Origin: Candidatus Latescibacterota bacterium
GTDB taxonomy: Bacteria; Latescibacterota; UBA2968; UBA8231
Reading direction: 5' to 3'
Assembly (NCBI GenBank): GCA_036339235.1
Contig: JAYZCA010000101.1
Span: forward strand, 1 to 46,161
Length of the DNA: 46,161 nucleotides
The position numbers and the translations under genes were made by a program. Below the pieces are notes generated by a model that was not told where the DNA came from, did no database searches, and saw only the letters and a program-made list of their open reading frames with translations. Positions within the stretch are counted from its first letter, which is position 1. Every line of letters begins with the position of its first letter. This document shows, one piece after another, positions 10,701 through 18,913 of the stretch.

Positions 10701-10919
10701 GCCAATGTTTACCAGCGCACCGGTAACTCCACCGATGACGGCTTCCTGACCAACAGTGACCTGAGCAGCGAGATTATCTCGGCCACCGGTGGGCTGTCCT
10801 ACACTCGTCTCTACCAGGCCATCAACATAGCCAACCGTCAGCACTACTGGTTCAACGAGGGCGGTGATCTTCTGCGCGCGCCGAGGCAGATCCGTTTCGG
10901 CATCGAACTGGGGATCTGA
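7782..10919 (+). CDS. TonB-dependent outer-membrane receptor with N-terminal carboxypeptidase-regulatory-like domain (SusC/RagA-like architecture)
   Basis: A gggaggag RBS precedes ATG 7782. Signal peptide ...ALASTAAWAG is followed by GKITGTVTDNASGAPLASASIALDG...DDEGQFFILNVPPGTYTLRATYIGY (CarboxypepD_reg). A plug region follows (ALQAGV...IRGSRSDEIAYYVEGASV...EIQLQAGGFSAEYGGATAGIV), then a long barrel. Confidence 0.85.
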   Translation: MDRKTHWRDAFVATCLLALASTAAWAGNGKITGTVTDNASGAPLASASIALDGTRLGTVTDDEGQFFILNVPPGTYTLRATYIGYAAYVIEEVRVSADLTTDLKVRPSTEAITTEEVVIRAERPIIDPNATNAVRIIGAEDLEILPFRGVQNVLALQAGVVEDEGALHIRGSRSDEIAYYVEGASVRNVVTGNTAVNLIDEALAEIQLQAGGFSAEYGGATAGIVLQELKTGSNDLHISLLSETDNFASDGEKFLDTYSYGYSNQVLTIQGPVLGNDKIRAFVASQRRVFDSRRVVWDGFNFENGVDGIDLTDTGDRGGRVHWKTDEDGNKIPDTRDNLTLTPGNIAHSGRDAYDFNGTLVFDYQPVKLQITGLWSDESREYNGAPIRNMLNTARLPEGEHGTSLINLKATHLLDPSMFYEVNISRYTQTREIFDPVFKGNWWVYNDSFSVANANAEWVPYSNTGTNQAPLDFSGFPFNRPGTPTSLGGSDRGSVYVNEKDVYWGLGSNLTKQTANHEIKLGFDYQKWTSRRYQAVLNSVRSAISGTYPSLDAVYDRYYAGEIAQGDILDEMIRVSQGNAAGQGNEAEFQSLLRNTMRHDHFGYDVYGNESDASGLEAPREPVLGTAFIQDKIEYNDLIVNIGLRIDYYDVDSWRFKDPSSPVRDATGYTLDLDSMEKTETFTEISPRLGFSFPVSDRSVFHVQYGRFNQMPAMRNMFTGGAQLAQELGGQNYIRYPTAFDIEPMRTTQYEIGFDRQFNDVASFDITGFYRDVKGQIQVARQDIASTAVNAESFNYLQNGDFATTKGLEFVFKVRRTNRLRTELHYTLSDARGTGSTTGSGISGVENDTDLPTVISPLDFNETHRGSMYFDYRFGKNDGGAILSQLGINTLFTFTSGHNFTFSTGSLGQGGAEDGGILNSVDARNRKPLESINHSTTPWTFQVDLKIDKGFDLMGMDAKVYSYVENLFNRRNEANVYQRTGNSTDDGFLTNSDLSSEIISATGGLSYTRLYQAINIANRQHYWFNEGGDLLRAPRQIRFGIELGI

Positions 10920-10983
10920 GGTCATGAGTCAGACCAAATCCCAAGATTCAGAAATGACACTGCACGATGGAAGGAAGAGGACC

Positions 10984-13900
10984 ATGAGGATGATACCTGC
11001 TGCGGTGGCTGCGATTGCCGTCGGGGTTATGGCCCTGGCGGCACCGGCCTTCGCTCGCGACGCAAGTCCGGCGCCGGCTGCAAAGGTGGCTCAGGACGAG
11101 CGTGCCTTCGGTCAGAGCTCGCTGGTGAACATCAACAATATGTCCTACTGGTTTGTGCGGGACGGCAACTCGGCCAACAACCCCGCCAACGGCAACTCGG
11201 GCGTAACCTTTCCGAGGTCGACGGATCAGGTCATCTACCAGGATGGCATGATCTGGGGTGGTATCGTCAACGACGGTGATGCGCAGACGCTGCGCGTCGG
11301 CGGTCAGACCTACGCCGTGGGCACCGTACCTGGCCTCATCGTGGGGAATGGCGTGGGTGAGGACCCGGCCGATCCCAGTGTCCGCATCTACCGCATCCGC
11401 AAAGACTATCGCTTTGCAGACCTCAAGCTGGATTACTCGGAATTGTTCAACTTGGGACTCAGCGAGGTGACCGACGCCGATGTGGCGGCCTTGCGCGCTC
11501 AGTACGACAAGGACTGGCGCGAGTGGCCCGCGGCCAAGGGCGCGCCTTTCTACGACAACGACGGGGACGGCGTCTACACGCCCGCCTTTGACGGCAACGG
11601 CGATCCCATCTTGGACGGCACCGCCGATCAGCCGGGTGTGGCCAACGCCGACATGGTGGCCTGGTTCGCCATCAACGACCTCGACGTCGGCGCCGCCACC
11701 AGCCTCTACGGTTCCAAGCCGATCGGCCTGGAGATCCAGATCACGATCTGGGGCTACGCCCGCACCGATGAGCTGGGTGACGTCATCTTCAAGAAGTACC
11801 AGGTCACCTACGAAGGCACGGCCACCACGCCGGACGACGCCGTCATCAACGACATGTATTTCGCGCAATGGTCGGATCCCGACCTCGGCGACTACGGTGA
11901 CGACTTCGCCGGCGGCGATGTCGAGTTGAGTCTCGGCTACGTATACAACGGGCAGGCAGACGACTCGCACTACGTCGGTTTTGGCCTGGCGCCGCCGGCG
12001 GCGGGGTATGATTTTCTGCAGGGCCCGATCGTTCCCGTCTACCTGAAGGACGATGCGGGCGCCAACCAGCTCGACGACGACGGCAACCCGATTCTCGACC
12101 TGAGCGCCGAGGCCATTTATAACTTCGGGAGGCGCCCGGGCTACAAGAACCTGCCGATGACGTCCTACGTATTCTTCGCTGCCGGCAGCGCCATCGGCGA
12201 TCCGGAACTGGGCGAATACGTGGGCACCGAAGAGTGGTACAACCTGCTGCGCGGATTCCAGCCGCAACCGGACATCAACAACCCCGTACCCTTCGTCAAC
12301 CCGCTCACCGGTGAGGAGACCAAGTTCACCCTCGACGGCGATCCCACGACCGCCGCCGGCTGGAACGACGGCATCCCGCTGCCCGCGGGCGACCGCCGCA
12401 TCGTTCTCGACACGGGCCCATTTACCATGGCCCTGGGTGACACTCAAGAGGTCGTGGTTGCCCTTCTTGGCGCCATCTCTACGGACCGGCTGCGCAGCGT
12501 GGCCAAGCTGAAGTTCACCGATCAGTTTGTGCAGGACGCCTACAACAGCTTCTTCCAGGTTGCGTCGCCGCCGGCGTCGCCGAATGTGCGCGTGGCGCAG
12601 CTGGATCAGGCCATCGTGCTGGATTGGGGCTGGAACCCGATCTCGGTGGCCGAGACCGAGAACGTGGCTTCACCCGGGTTCGAGTTCGAAGGCTACAACG
12701 TATATCAGAAGCCCGCAGCTGAATCCAGCCTCGATAACAGCGTCCTTCTGGGCACGTTCGATAAGGAGAACGGGGTTACCACGCTTCTCGGTATCGATCT
12801 GGATCCGGTCTCGGGAATCGTTCTCAACGTACCAAAACAGGTGGGCACCGACTTCGGCATCCGTCGGAACCTGACGATTACGAAGGACGCTGTCCGCGGC
12901 GGGCCGCTCGTCAACGGCCAGGACTACTACTTTGCCGTGACGGCCTACAACCGCGCCACCGGAGAGGCGTCGGCGGTTACGACTCTGGAGAGCCCCGGTC
13001 TGTTGCAGATCAGCAAGCCGCAAGATCCGCCCGTCGGCTCCCGGTATTCGTCGGATGCGGCGCAGGTCATTGCCGGCACTCACACAGCTGGCGCCAGCGA
13101 CGGCTCGGCGACAGCCACGGTAGTCGACCCGACCCAGACAACGGGTCATGACTACCAGGTAACCTTCGACACCGACGCCGACGGCAACGTCACGTGGTCA
13201 TTGAGCGACCTGACCATGAATGCGTCGCTTGTCACGGACCAGACCAATCAGACGGGTCAGGCAGTGTATATCGGTGCGGACGGCTTCGAGATCGCAGTCA
13301 ATGGCCCGCCCAACGGTATGAAGGCCTGGGGGGCTCCCGAGACGACCTTCGCGGCCAGCGGCCTCAGCCTCGCAGAATTCAGCGCTCAGTCCACCGGCAG
13401 CAGTGCCACTCGATGGTTTACGTGGGCCAACGCCGACTTCGGTACCGAGGGTTTCTCGGGCGCCATGACTGGCGACATCAATGGCAATTGGTTCGAGCCA
13501 TCTCCTGTGACCCCGGCGGATCTGCGCACCGTGGAACTGCGCTTTACCGCGGTGAACGAGGCGGAGGGAGAGGACCAGTACAAACCTCTGGATCTGGCCA
13601 ACGAAAACGTCTCCTACGCTTACCGATACCTGCGAGGAGCCGGGAACGACCCGCCGGCACAGGCTGACATGACCTCCACCGAAGCCCCATGGGACGTGAG
13701 CAAATACATCATCAACGCTGAGGGTCCGGGGGCCTACGTTTACCAAGAACGGGTGCCCATCGCCCTGTCGGCGTGGGACATCGAGGCTGATCCACCGCGC
13801 CGGCTGGCCGTCGGGTTCCTCGAAAACAACGCGCCCGGCGGGCTGGTGAACGGCGCCTATGGCCCGGCATTCTACAACACAGTAGGCAACGTCGCGGGAG

Positions 13901-14505
13901 ACGGTCCTCGTGAGTGGCTGTTCATCTTCGATGCGGACTACACCGAGTTGGGTAACAACAACTCGTTGCTGACCGATTTCGGCTTGCTGCCGAATGCCAC
14001 CGGCGATGCCACCGAGCCGATCATTCCGATCATGTGGGCGATCTTCGCGGGTCGGCGTATTCCCGATCGGTTCCCTCAGGACGGCTTCCAGTTTTTGCTG
14101 ATGGCCAACCACGTCAACACAGCCAGCGACGTGTTCAACATCAGCGTCGCAGGGGTTGAGACGTCGGACGCGTTCCTTGCGGAGGACATCAAAAAGATCA
14201 CCGCCTTCCCGAATCCGTACTTCGGGGTGAACTCGGCCGAAGTCAGCCGCTACAACCACTTCGTCACCTTCAGCCATCTGCCGAACAAGGTCTCGATTCG
14301 AGTGTTCGACCTGTCCGGCACGTTGGTGCAGCGGCTCGACAAGGACGACAACGATCAGTTCCTGCGCTGGGATCTGGACAATGAGAACGGTTTGCCCGTG
14401 GCCAGCGGCATGTATTTCGTGCACATCGACATGCCCGATATCAACAAGACGAGAATCCTGAAGCTGGCCGTCGTCGGCGAGCAGCAGTTCCTCGAGAATT
14501 TCTAA
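10984..14505 (+). CDS. large secreted/surface protein with Fn3-like region and T9SS-type C-terminal sorting domain
   Basis: RBS ggaaggaagagg lies upstream of ATG 10984, giving signal peptide MRMIPAAVAAIAVGVMALAAPAFA. ATG 10924 is an alternative start. C-terminus is AFPNPYF...VSIRVFDLSGTLVQRL...WDLDNENGLPVASGMYFVHIDM...KLAVV, the T9SS type A CTD pattern. Confidence 0.75.
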   Translation: MRMIPAAVAAIAVGVMALAAPAFARDASPAPAAKVAQDERAFGQSSLVNINNMSYWFVRDGNSANNPANGNSGVTFPRSTDQVIYQDGMIWGGIVNDGDAQTLRVGGQTYAVGTVPGLIVGNGVGEDPADPSVRIYRIRKDYRFADLKLDYSELFNLGLSEVTDADVAALRAQYDKDWREWPAAKGAPFYDNDGDGVYTPAFDGNGDPILDGTADQPGVANADMVAWFAINDLDVGAATSLYGSKPIGLEIQITIWGYARTDELGDVIFKKYQVTYEGTATTPDDAVINDMYFAQWSDPDLGDYGDDFAGGDVELSLGYVYNGQADDSHYVGFGLAPPAAGYDFLQGPIVPVYLKDDAGANQLDDDGNPILDLSAEAIYNFGRRPGYKNLPMTSYVFFAAGSAIGDPELGEYVGTEEWYNLLRGFQPQPDINNPVPFVNPLTGEETKFTLDGDPTTAAGWNDGIPLPAGDRRIVLDTGPFTMALGDTQEVVVALLGAISTDRLRSVAKLKFTDQFVQDAYNSFFQVASPPASPNVRVAQLDQAIVLDWGWNPISVAETENVASPGFEFEGYNVYQKPAAESSLDNSVLLGTFDKENGVTTLLGIDLDPVSGIVLNVPKQVGTDFGIRRNLTITKDAVRGGPLVNGQDYYFAVTAYNRATGEASAVTTLESPGLLQISKPQDPPVGSRYSSDAAQVIAGTHTAGASDGSATATVVDPTQTTGHDYQVTFDTDADGNVTWSLSDLTMNASLVTDQTNQTGQAVYIGADGFEIAVNGPPNGMKAWGAPETTFAASGLSLAEFSAQSTGSSATRWFTWANADFGTEGFSGAMTGDINGNWFEPSPVTPADLRTVELRFTAVNEAEGEDQYKPLDLANENVSYAYRYLRGAGNDPPAQADMTSTEAPWDVSKYIINAEGPGAYVYQERVPIALSAWDIEADPPRRLAVGFLENNAPGGLVNGAYGPAFYNTVGNVAGDGPREWLFIFDADYTELGNNNSLLTDFGLLPNATGDATEPIIPIMWAIFAGRRIPDRFPQDGFQFLLMANHVNTASDVFNISVAGVETSDAFLAEDIKKITAFPNPYFGVNSAEVSRYNHFVTFSHLPNKVSIRVFDLSGTLVQRLDKDDNDQFLRWDLDNENGLPVASGMYFVHIDMPDINKTRILKLAVVGEQQFLENF

Positions 14506-14536
14506 GCCAGCACCAAGTCAGAAGGAGATCAAACGA

Positions 14537-15577
14537 ATGACACGTAATTTCAAGATCGCCTCCGCGGCGCTGGCTCTGGTCCTGGTGGTGTGTGCCGCGG
14601 ACATGGCGCACGCTGCCGGCCAGAATCGAGCCGGCACAGCCAGCGCTACGGAACTGTTGATCCCCGTCGGGGCTCGGGACATGGCCATGGGAGGTTCTTC
14701 GGTAGCCACCACAACCGGACTCTCCGCCCTGTTCTGGAACCCGGCTGGATTGTCCCGGTCCGCCAATAACACCGATGTGATGGTGTCATCCATGTCGTAC
14801 CTGGCGGACGTCCGGGTAAACTACGTCGCCTTGGGCAGTCGCTTCACTTCCATCGGGTCCTTCGCGCTCGACATCAAGTCCCTGGACTTCGGGGACATTC
14901 CCATTACCACCGAAGAGCGACCGGACGGAACGGGTGGTACCTACACACCCACCTTCTTCACCGTGGGGCTGCACTACTCCCGGGCGTTGACCGATCGCAT
15001 TTCGGTGGGTGGAACATCGCACTACGTCGTCAACAAGATCGAGCGTGTCGACGGCACCGCCCTGTCCTTCAGCGCCGGTCTGCAATACAGTGACCTGGCC
15101 GAAATCGAAGGGCTCAACCTCGGTGTGGCGGTGAAGCACATCGGTCAGCGCATGCAGTACGACGGTGCCGGCCTGCTGCGTCGTGGTTCCCTCGACGACC
15201 TGCGCCGGCCGCCGTCGGACTACAAGGTGCAGTCTTCGTCGTCAGACCTGCCGTCGATTTTCGAGATCGGCCTCGGTTACCGCTACAATCCGGCCGGACT
15301 CGGTCAGGTCAACCTCTCAACGGTGTTCCGGCACAACAACTACACCTACGACCAGTACCGCAGCGGTGTCGAGTACGTGCTCAACGACATGTTCACGCTT
15401 CGTGGCGGCTTTGACGTGGCTGACGGTTCCGGAGACGATTATCTCTTCGGCACCAGTTTCGGCTTCGGCATTCAGAGCGACTTGGGCAGCTTCAAGGACG
15501 TGCGTGTGGACTACGCCTACACTTCAGTCGACCTGTTCGATGCTCTCAACACGTTTACCTTCCAGGTGGGCTTCTGA
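14537..15577 (+). CDS. PorV/PorQ (FadL-like) family outer-membrane barrel protein
   Basis: An aaggag RBS and a signal peptide ending AHA are present. N-terminal motif is ELLIPVGARDMAMGGSSVATTTGLSALFWNPAGLS. The protein has alternating beta-strand character and ends ...NTFTFQVGF. Confidence 0.7.
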   Translation: MTRNFKIASAALALVLVVCAADMAHAAGQNRAGTASATELLIPVGARDMAMGGSSVATTTGLSALFWNPAGLSRSANNTDVMVSSMSYLADVRVNYVALGSRFTSIGSFALDIKSLDFGDIPITTEERPDGTGGTYTPTFFTVGLHYSRALTDRISVGGTSHYVVNKIERVDGTALSFSAGLQYSDLAEIEGLNLGVAVKHIGQRMQYDGAGLLRRGSLDDLRRPPSDYKVQSSSSDLPSIFEIGLGYRYNPAGLGQVNLSTVFRHNNYTYDQYRSGVEYVLNDMFTLRGGFDVADGSGDDYLFGTSFGFGIQSDLGSFKDVRVDYAYTSVDLFDALNTFTFQVGF

Positions 15578-15581
15578 GAGT

Positions 15582-16607
15582 ATGCGGCTGAAACAGGCAG
15601 TAGCAGTGTTTGGGGCCACCCTCCTTCTGGGGGGTGGCCTCTTCGCTTTCGGTTGCCAGAGTTCTGCCCTGGCATCGGGCAAGCTCTACATGAAGCAGAA
15701 GAAGTATGACAAGGCCCGCGTACAGCTCGAACTCGCCGTGGAGGTGGAGCCTGGGAACGCAGAAGCCCACTACAACCTGGGACGAATCTGCGGGTTGCAG
15801 GGAGATTACGTGGAGCTGGCCGTTGCTTTCGACCGTTCCCAGGAACTGAGTCCCGATTTCGACGAGGAGATCACCGGCGAGCGACTGCACTACTGGTCGA
15901 GGAGTTACAACGATGGAGTGCGCGCCGCCGCCGGACGGGGGGCGGACTTGGTCACGGCTCGCAGACACTTCGATACGGCCATCCGGATCCTTCCCGAACG
16001 GCTCAAGGCCTGGCGCAACCGCGCCTCCGTCGACTACCAACTCGGCGATATGGACGCGGCCCTCGCTGGCTACGGGCACGTCCTTGAGCTGGCTCCGGAG
16101 GACACGACGACGGCGCGTGTCATGGGCGTCATCTACCTGGGTGAAGAGCGCTACGATGAGGCGGTGGCCAGCTTCGAGCATGTCCTACAGTACGGCGAGC
16201 ACCGCGGGGCGTTGGTCAACCTTGCCAGCACGCAGATGCAGTGGGGGCAGAACGATGCGGCCGTGGCGAGTCTGCAGCGCGCCCTGGTCCTGGATCCCGC
16301 CTGTTTTGTCTGTCACTACAACCTGGGCAACCTGTACTGGTCCACCGAGGCCCATCCGCAGGCGCTCGAGAGTTTCCGCAGTGCTGTCGAGCTAAGGGCG
16401 GATGACGTGGATGCCCGGTTCAACCTCGCCATCACCCACCTGGTCATGGAAGACCTCGACGCCGCCCAGCCTCTACTGGAAACGCTGTCCGTCGACGACC
16501 CGGACAATGGAATCGTGTGGCGCGAACTGGGCCGCATCTACGCCCTGCAGGCGCGAATCCCCGAGAGCGAGGCGGCATACGAAAGAGCCGAGGCCCTCGG
16601 CCAGTAA
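15582..16607 (+). CDS. tetratricopeptide-repeat lipoprotein
   Basis: MRLKQAVAVFGATLLLGGGLFAFGC is lipobox-like. Repeated TPR units follow (AEAHYNLGRI.., AWRNRASVDYQLGDMDAALAGY.., CHYNLGNLYW.., ARFNLAITH..). The tracked 15165 start lies inside the previous gene. Confidence 0.8.
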   Translation: MRLKQAVAVFGATLLLGGGLFAFGCQSSALASGKLYMKQKKYDKARVQLELAVEVEPGNAEAHYNLGRICGLQGDYVELAVAFDRSQELSPDFDEEITGERLHYWSRSYNDGVRAAAGRGADLVTARRHFDTAIRILPERLKAWRNRASVDYQLGDMDAALAGYGHVLELAPEDTTTARVMGVIYLGEERYDEAVASFEHVLQYGEHRGALVNLASTQMQWGQNDAAVASLQRALVLDPACFVCHYNLGNLYWSTEAHPQALESFRSAVELRADDVDARFNLAITHLVMEDLDAAQPLLETLSVDDPDNGIVWRELGRIYALQARIPESEAAYERAEALGQ

Positions 16608-16633
16608 ACTAGAAAACAGGCAAGACGTCATTT

Positions 16634-16672
16634 GCTGCGGCGGGTCCATAGGATTCGCCGCAGCGTTTTTTT
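16634..16672 (+). terminator. rho-independent terminator between convergent genes
   Basis: GCTGCGGCG, a 13-nt loop, CGCCGCAGC, then G and a T7 run. It sits just after the TPR gene stop, and the T-run abuts the stop of the minus-strand gene. Confidence 0.6.
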
Positions 16673-17402
16673 ACATCACATGCAGCCAGTCGTCGAGTAG
16701 AAAGCTGATGCGGCCGATCAGCAACGACAGGCGGGCCATGATCGTGTAGCCGAAGGACGCCCCGAAAGAGACCATCAGGAACCAGATACCCAGTCGCGCC
16801 GCGTGTCCCACTGTCCCCGTGTGTTCTACCGAGAAGAAGAAGTAGACGAGGACCGTAATCACGCCGATGAGGACGAGGAGCAGGTTGAGACCTGCCCAAC
16901 TCATGCTCAGGGGCGCCAGACTTGGTTCGACCTGACCCAGCAGAAAGGATGACATGTAACGAGGAATGGTAAGGCCGGCGCCCACGCCGACGACGAAGGC
17001 GAAGGAGATCCGGCTCAGCCAGCCGAACTTGCTCGAGAAGCGGGTCAGCATCAGCAGGCCGAGAAGGGTGGGAAAGAGCAAGACCCACGGGTTGTGGCCG
17101 CCGCCGCTGGCACCCTCGGCGCCGATGTCGAAGTAGCTGACGAGGATCTCACCGTAGAGCGAGTTGTACCAGGTGATGCCGAAGATATAGGCCGCTGCGA
17201 CGCCGACGTAGACGTGCTCGGCAAACTTGAACAGCGGGTTGTCCTTGTACAGGAAGCTGTAGAGCGCCAGGGTGCAGCCGGCTGCGACGATGACGCCGAT
17301 GCCGTCCCAGTCGAGGGCCAGCACGCCGCTGGCCACGAGGCTGGCGTTGGCGACGGCGAACAGCCCGAGGAAGCCGATCAATACATAGCTGTCTTTGGTC
17401 AT
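16671..17402 (-). CDS. hypothetical polytopic membrane protein (last gene of minus-strand operon)
   Basis: RBS aaggggag lies upstream of the ATG giving MTKDSYVLIGFLGLFAV.... There are multiple hydrophobic segments. The opposite-strand ORFs are R/D/G-rich shadows. Confidence 0.65.
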   Translation of the reverse strand: MTKDSYVLIGFLGLFAVANASLVASGVLALDWDGIGVIVAAGCTLALYSFLYKDNPLFKFAEHVYVGVAAAYIFGITWYNSLYGEILVSYFDIGAEGASGGGHNPWVLLFPTLLGLLMLTRFSSKFGWLSRISFAFVVGVGAGLTIPRYMSSFLLGQVEPSLAPLSMSWAGLNLLLVLIGVITVLVYFFFSVEHTGTVGHAARLGIWFLMVSFGASFGYTIMARLSLLIGRISFLLDDWLHVM

Positions 17403-17415
17403 AACGGCGCTCCCC

Positions 17416-18246
17416 TTAGGCTTTTCCACCGCGACGACGGGTCGTGAAGTAGACCCCGTTGCCGAGCACGATGAAAAGGATGATGATGAGGTGGCTCACC
17501 GACTGCGGTTCCATACCGGCCGTGGCACTGCCCGGAGCCTCGATGAGGGTCTCGTATTCGGCGGCGCCGGCGAGCCCGCCCAGCAGACCGACGAGCTGTT
17601 TCGACTGCAGAAAGGGATACAGGTCGGGCGCCATCACGGCGGTACAGCCACCGGCAAACGGAAACCGGTGCTTCTCCTGGCCGAAGGGGATCCACCAGAA
17701 CTCCATCGAGTCGCCGGCGGCGAAGTCGAAGACGAAGGAGAAGTCCTTCAGGTTCCTTACGCCCTTCAGCACGGCCAATTCCCCCACCGGCGTACCTGCC
17801 GCGTCGAAGGGGAAGGTACCGGCCAGGCTCTGACCCAGATTCAGGACCACTGCCAGGTTGCCCGGCTTGTATCCAAGGAAGGCATAGTCGGCGCCGTACT
17901 CCATGCCAAACTCAACTGCCAACTCGTCCATGATCGGCTGAGCGATGCCGACGGCTTCGGGCCAAAGACAGATGCCGACGACCTTTCGACCGCGACTGAA
18001 CAGGTGCCGCAGGATGGCCCGCGTCATCGGCACCATTTCGGGCACGGTGCTGGCTCCGTAGGAGAAGCTGACGAGGACCGGTCGGTCGGCATCTTCGACG
18101 CTGATGCGTTCGATCTCGTCGTACACCGAGCGCACCGTCGGCGTCGGCTTGATCGGCAGGGGAATGTCGACCAGCAAGGGGATGGCGATACCCAGGAAGA
18201 TGAAGATGAAGATGATGCGGCGGTCGATGTTGATCAGGCGGTCCAT
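17416..18246 (-). CDS. hypothetical bitopic protein (N- and C-terminal TM helices flanking a ~200-aa soluble domain)
   Basis: MDRLINIDRRIIFIFIFLGIAIPLL... and ...HLIIILFIVLGNGVYFTTRRRGG. The start ATG shares a base with the upstream stop (TGATG). Confidence 0.65.
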   Translation of the reverse strand: MDRLINIDRRIIFIFIFLGIAIPLLVDIPLPIKPTPTVRSVYDEIERISVEDADRPVLVSFSYGASTVPEMVPMTRAILRHLFSRGRKVVGICLWPEAVGIAQPIMDELAVEFGMEYGADYAFLGYKPGNLAVVLNLGQSLAGTFPFDAAGTPVGELAVLKGVRNLKDFSFVFDFAAGDSMEFWWIPFGQEKHRFPFAGGCTAVMAPDLYPFLQSKQLVGLLGGLAGAAEYETLIEAPGSATAGMEPQSVSHLIIILFIVLGNGVYFTTRRRGGKA

Positions 18247-18902
18247 CAGTCACCTCCTCCGCCCAAATACGAGCGCTCGATACCGAAGATGATACGCAGC
18301 GACGTGGCGATGGCGCCGAGGCTGACACCCATCAGGATGCCACGCTTGGCAGCCATGTTGGGCACCGACATGAGCCATTGCATCGTATCGGGGATGACGT
18401 CAGAGATATAGGCGCCGATGGGCACGCGACCGAGCATGACTATGATCGCCGATACCAGCAGGATCGCCGCCTCCGGTGTCCGGGCTCGAAAGGTCCGGTA
18501 GGCGGCCGACGAGATGTAGAAGGCGAGCATGGAGAACATCGTCGCCGAACTGGCCACGTGGATGCTGGTGAACATCCACTGATAGGGCCCGGTCGTGGCC
18601 TGCGAAGTGAAAGGTCCATTGCCGTCGTTGTAGACGACGAAGAGAAACATCACGCCGAAGCTGATGTAAACGATGAGGCTGTAGGCCCACCCTGCCTGTC
18701 GTTGCCGGATCTTCGACCAGTGAAGACTGAGAAGGCTGACAAGGCCGAGGATATAGGCGAAAGCGTAGACCAGACGCAGCCACAGAGCGAACTCGCGCTC
18801 CACCGACTGAGCCCACTCGTGCGGGACATAGTAGATGGCGAATCCAGTCATGCCGAAGGCGAAGCAGAAGAGGAAGGGCAGGGTGCGTGTCATGAACAGC
18901 AT
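18246..18902 (-). CDS. hypothetical polytopic membrane protein
   Basis: An aggagag RBS is present and about 5-6 hydrophobic helices can be read (FLFCFAFGMTGFAIYY, LVYAFAYILGLVSLLSL, ...). I recognise no family. Confidence 0.65.
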   Translation of the reverse strand: MLFMTRTLPFLFCFAFGMTGFAIYYVPHEWAQSVEREFALWLRLVYAFAYILGLVSLLSLHWSKIRQRQAGWAYSLIVYISFGVMFLFVVYNDGNGPFTSQATTGPYQWMFTSIHVASSATMFSMLAFYISSAAYRTFRARTPEAAILLVSAIIVMLGRVPIGAYISDVIPDTMQWLMSVPNMAAKRGILMGVSLGAIATSLRIIFGIERSYLGGGGD

Positions 18903-18913
18903 CGGTCTCTCCT

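Noticed and set aside
15165-15581. N-terminal extensions of tracked ORFs. These are 15165 for the TPR gene, 4272 for the barrel, 3349 for rsmA, 32079 for recA, 696 for rimI and 31546 for pgpA.
   Set aside because: The extensions lie inside the preceding well-supported genes in another frame and translate to R/P/T-rich junk. Internal starts with an RBS, a signal peptide or a homology onset fit better.
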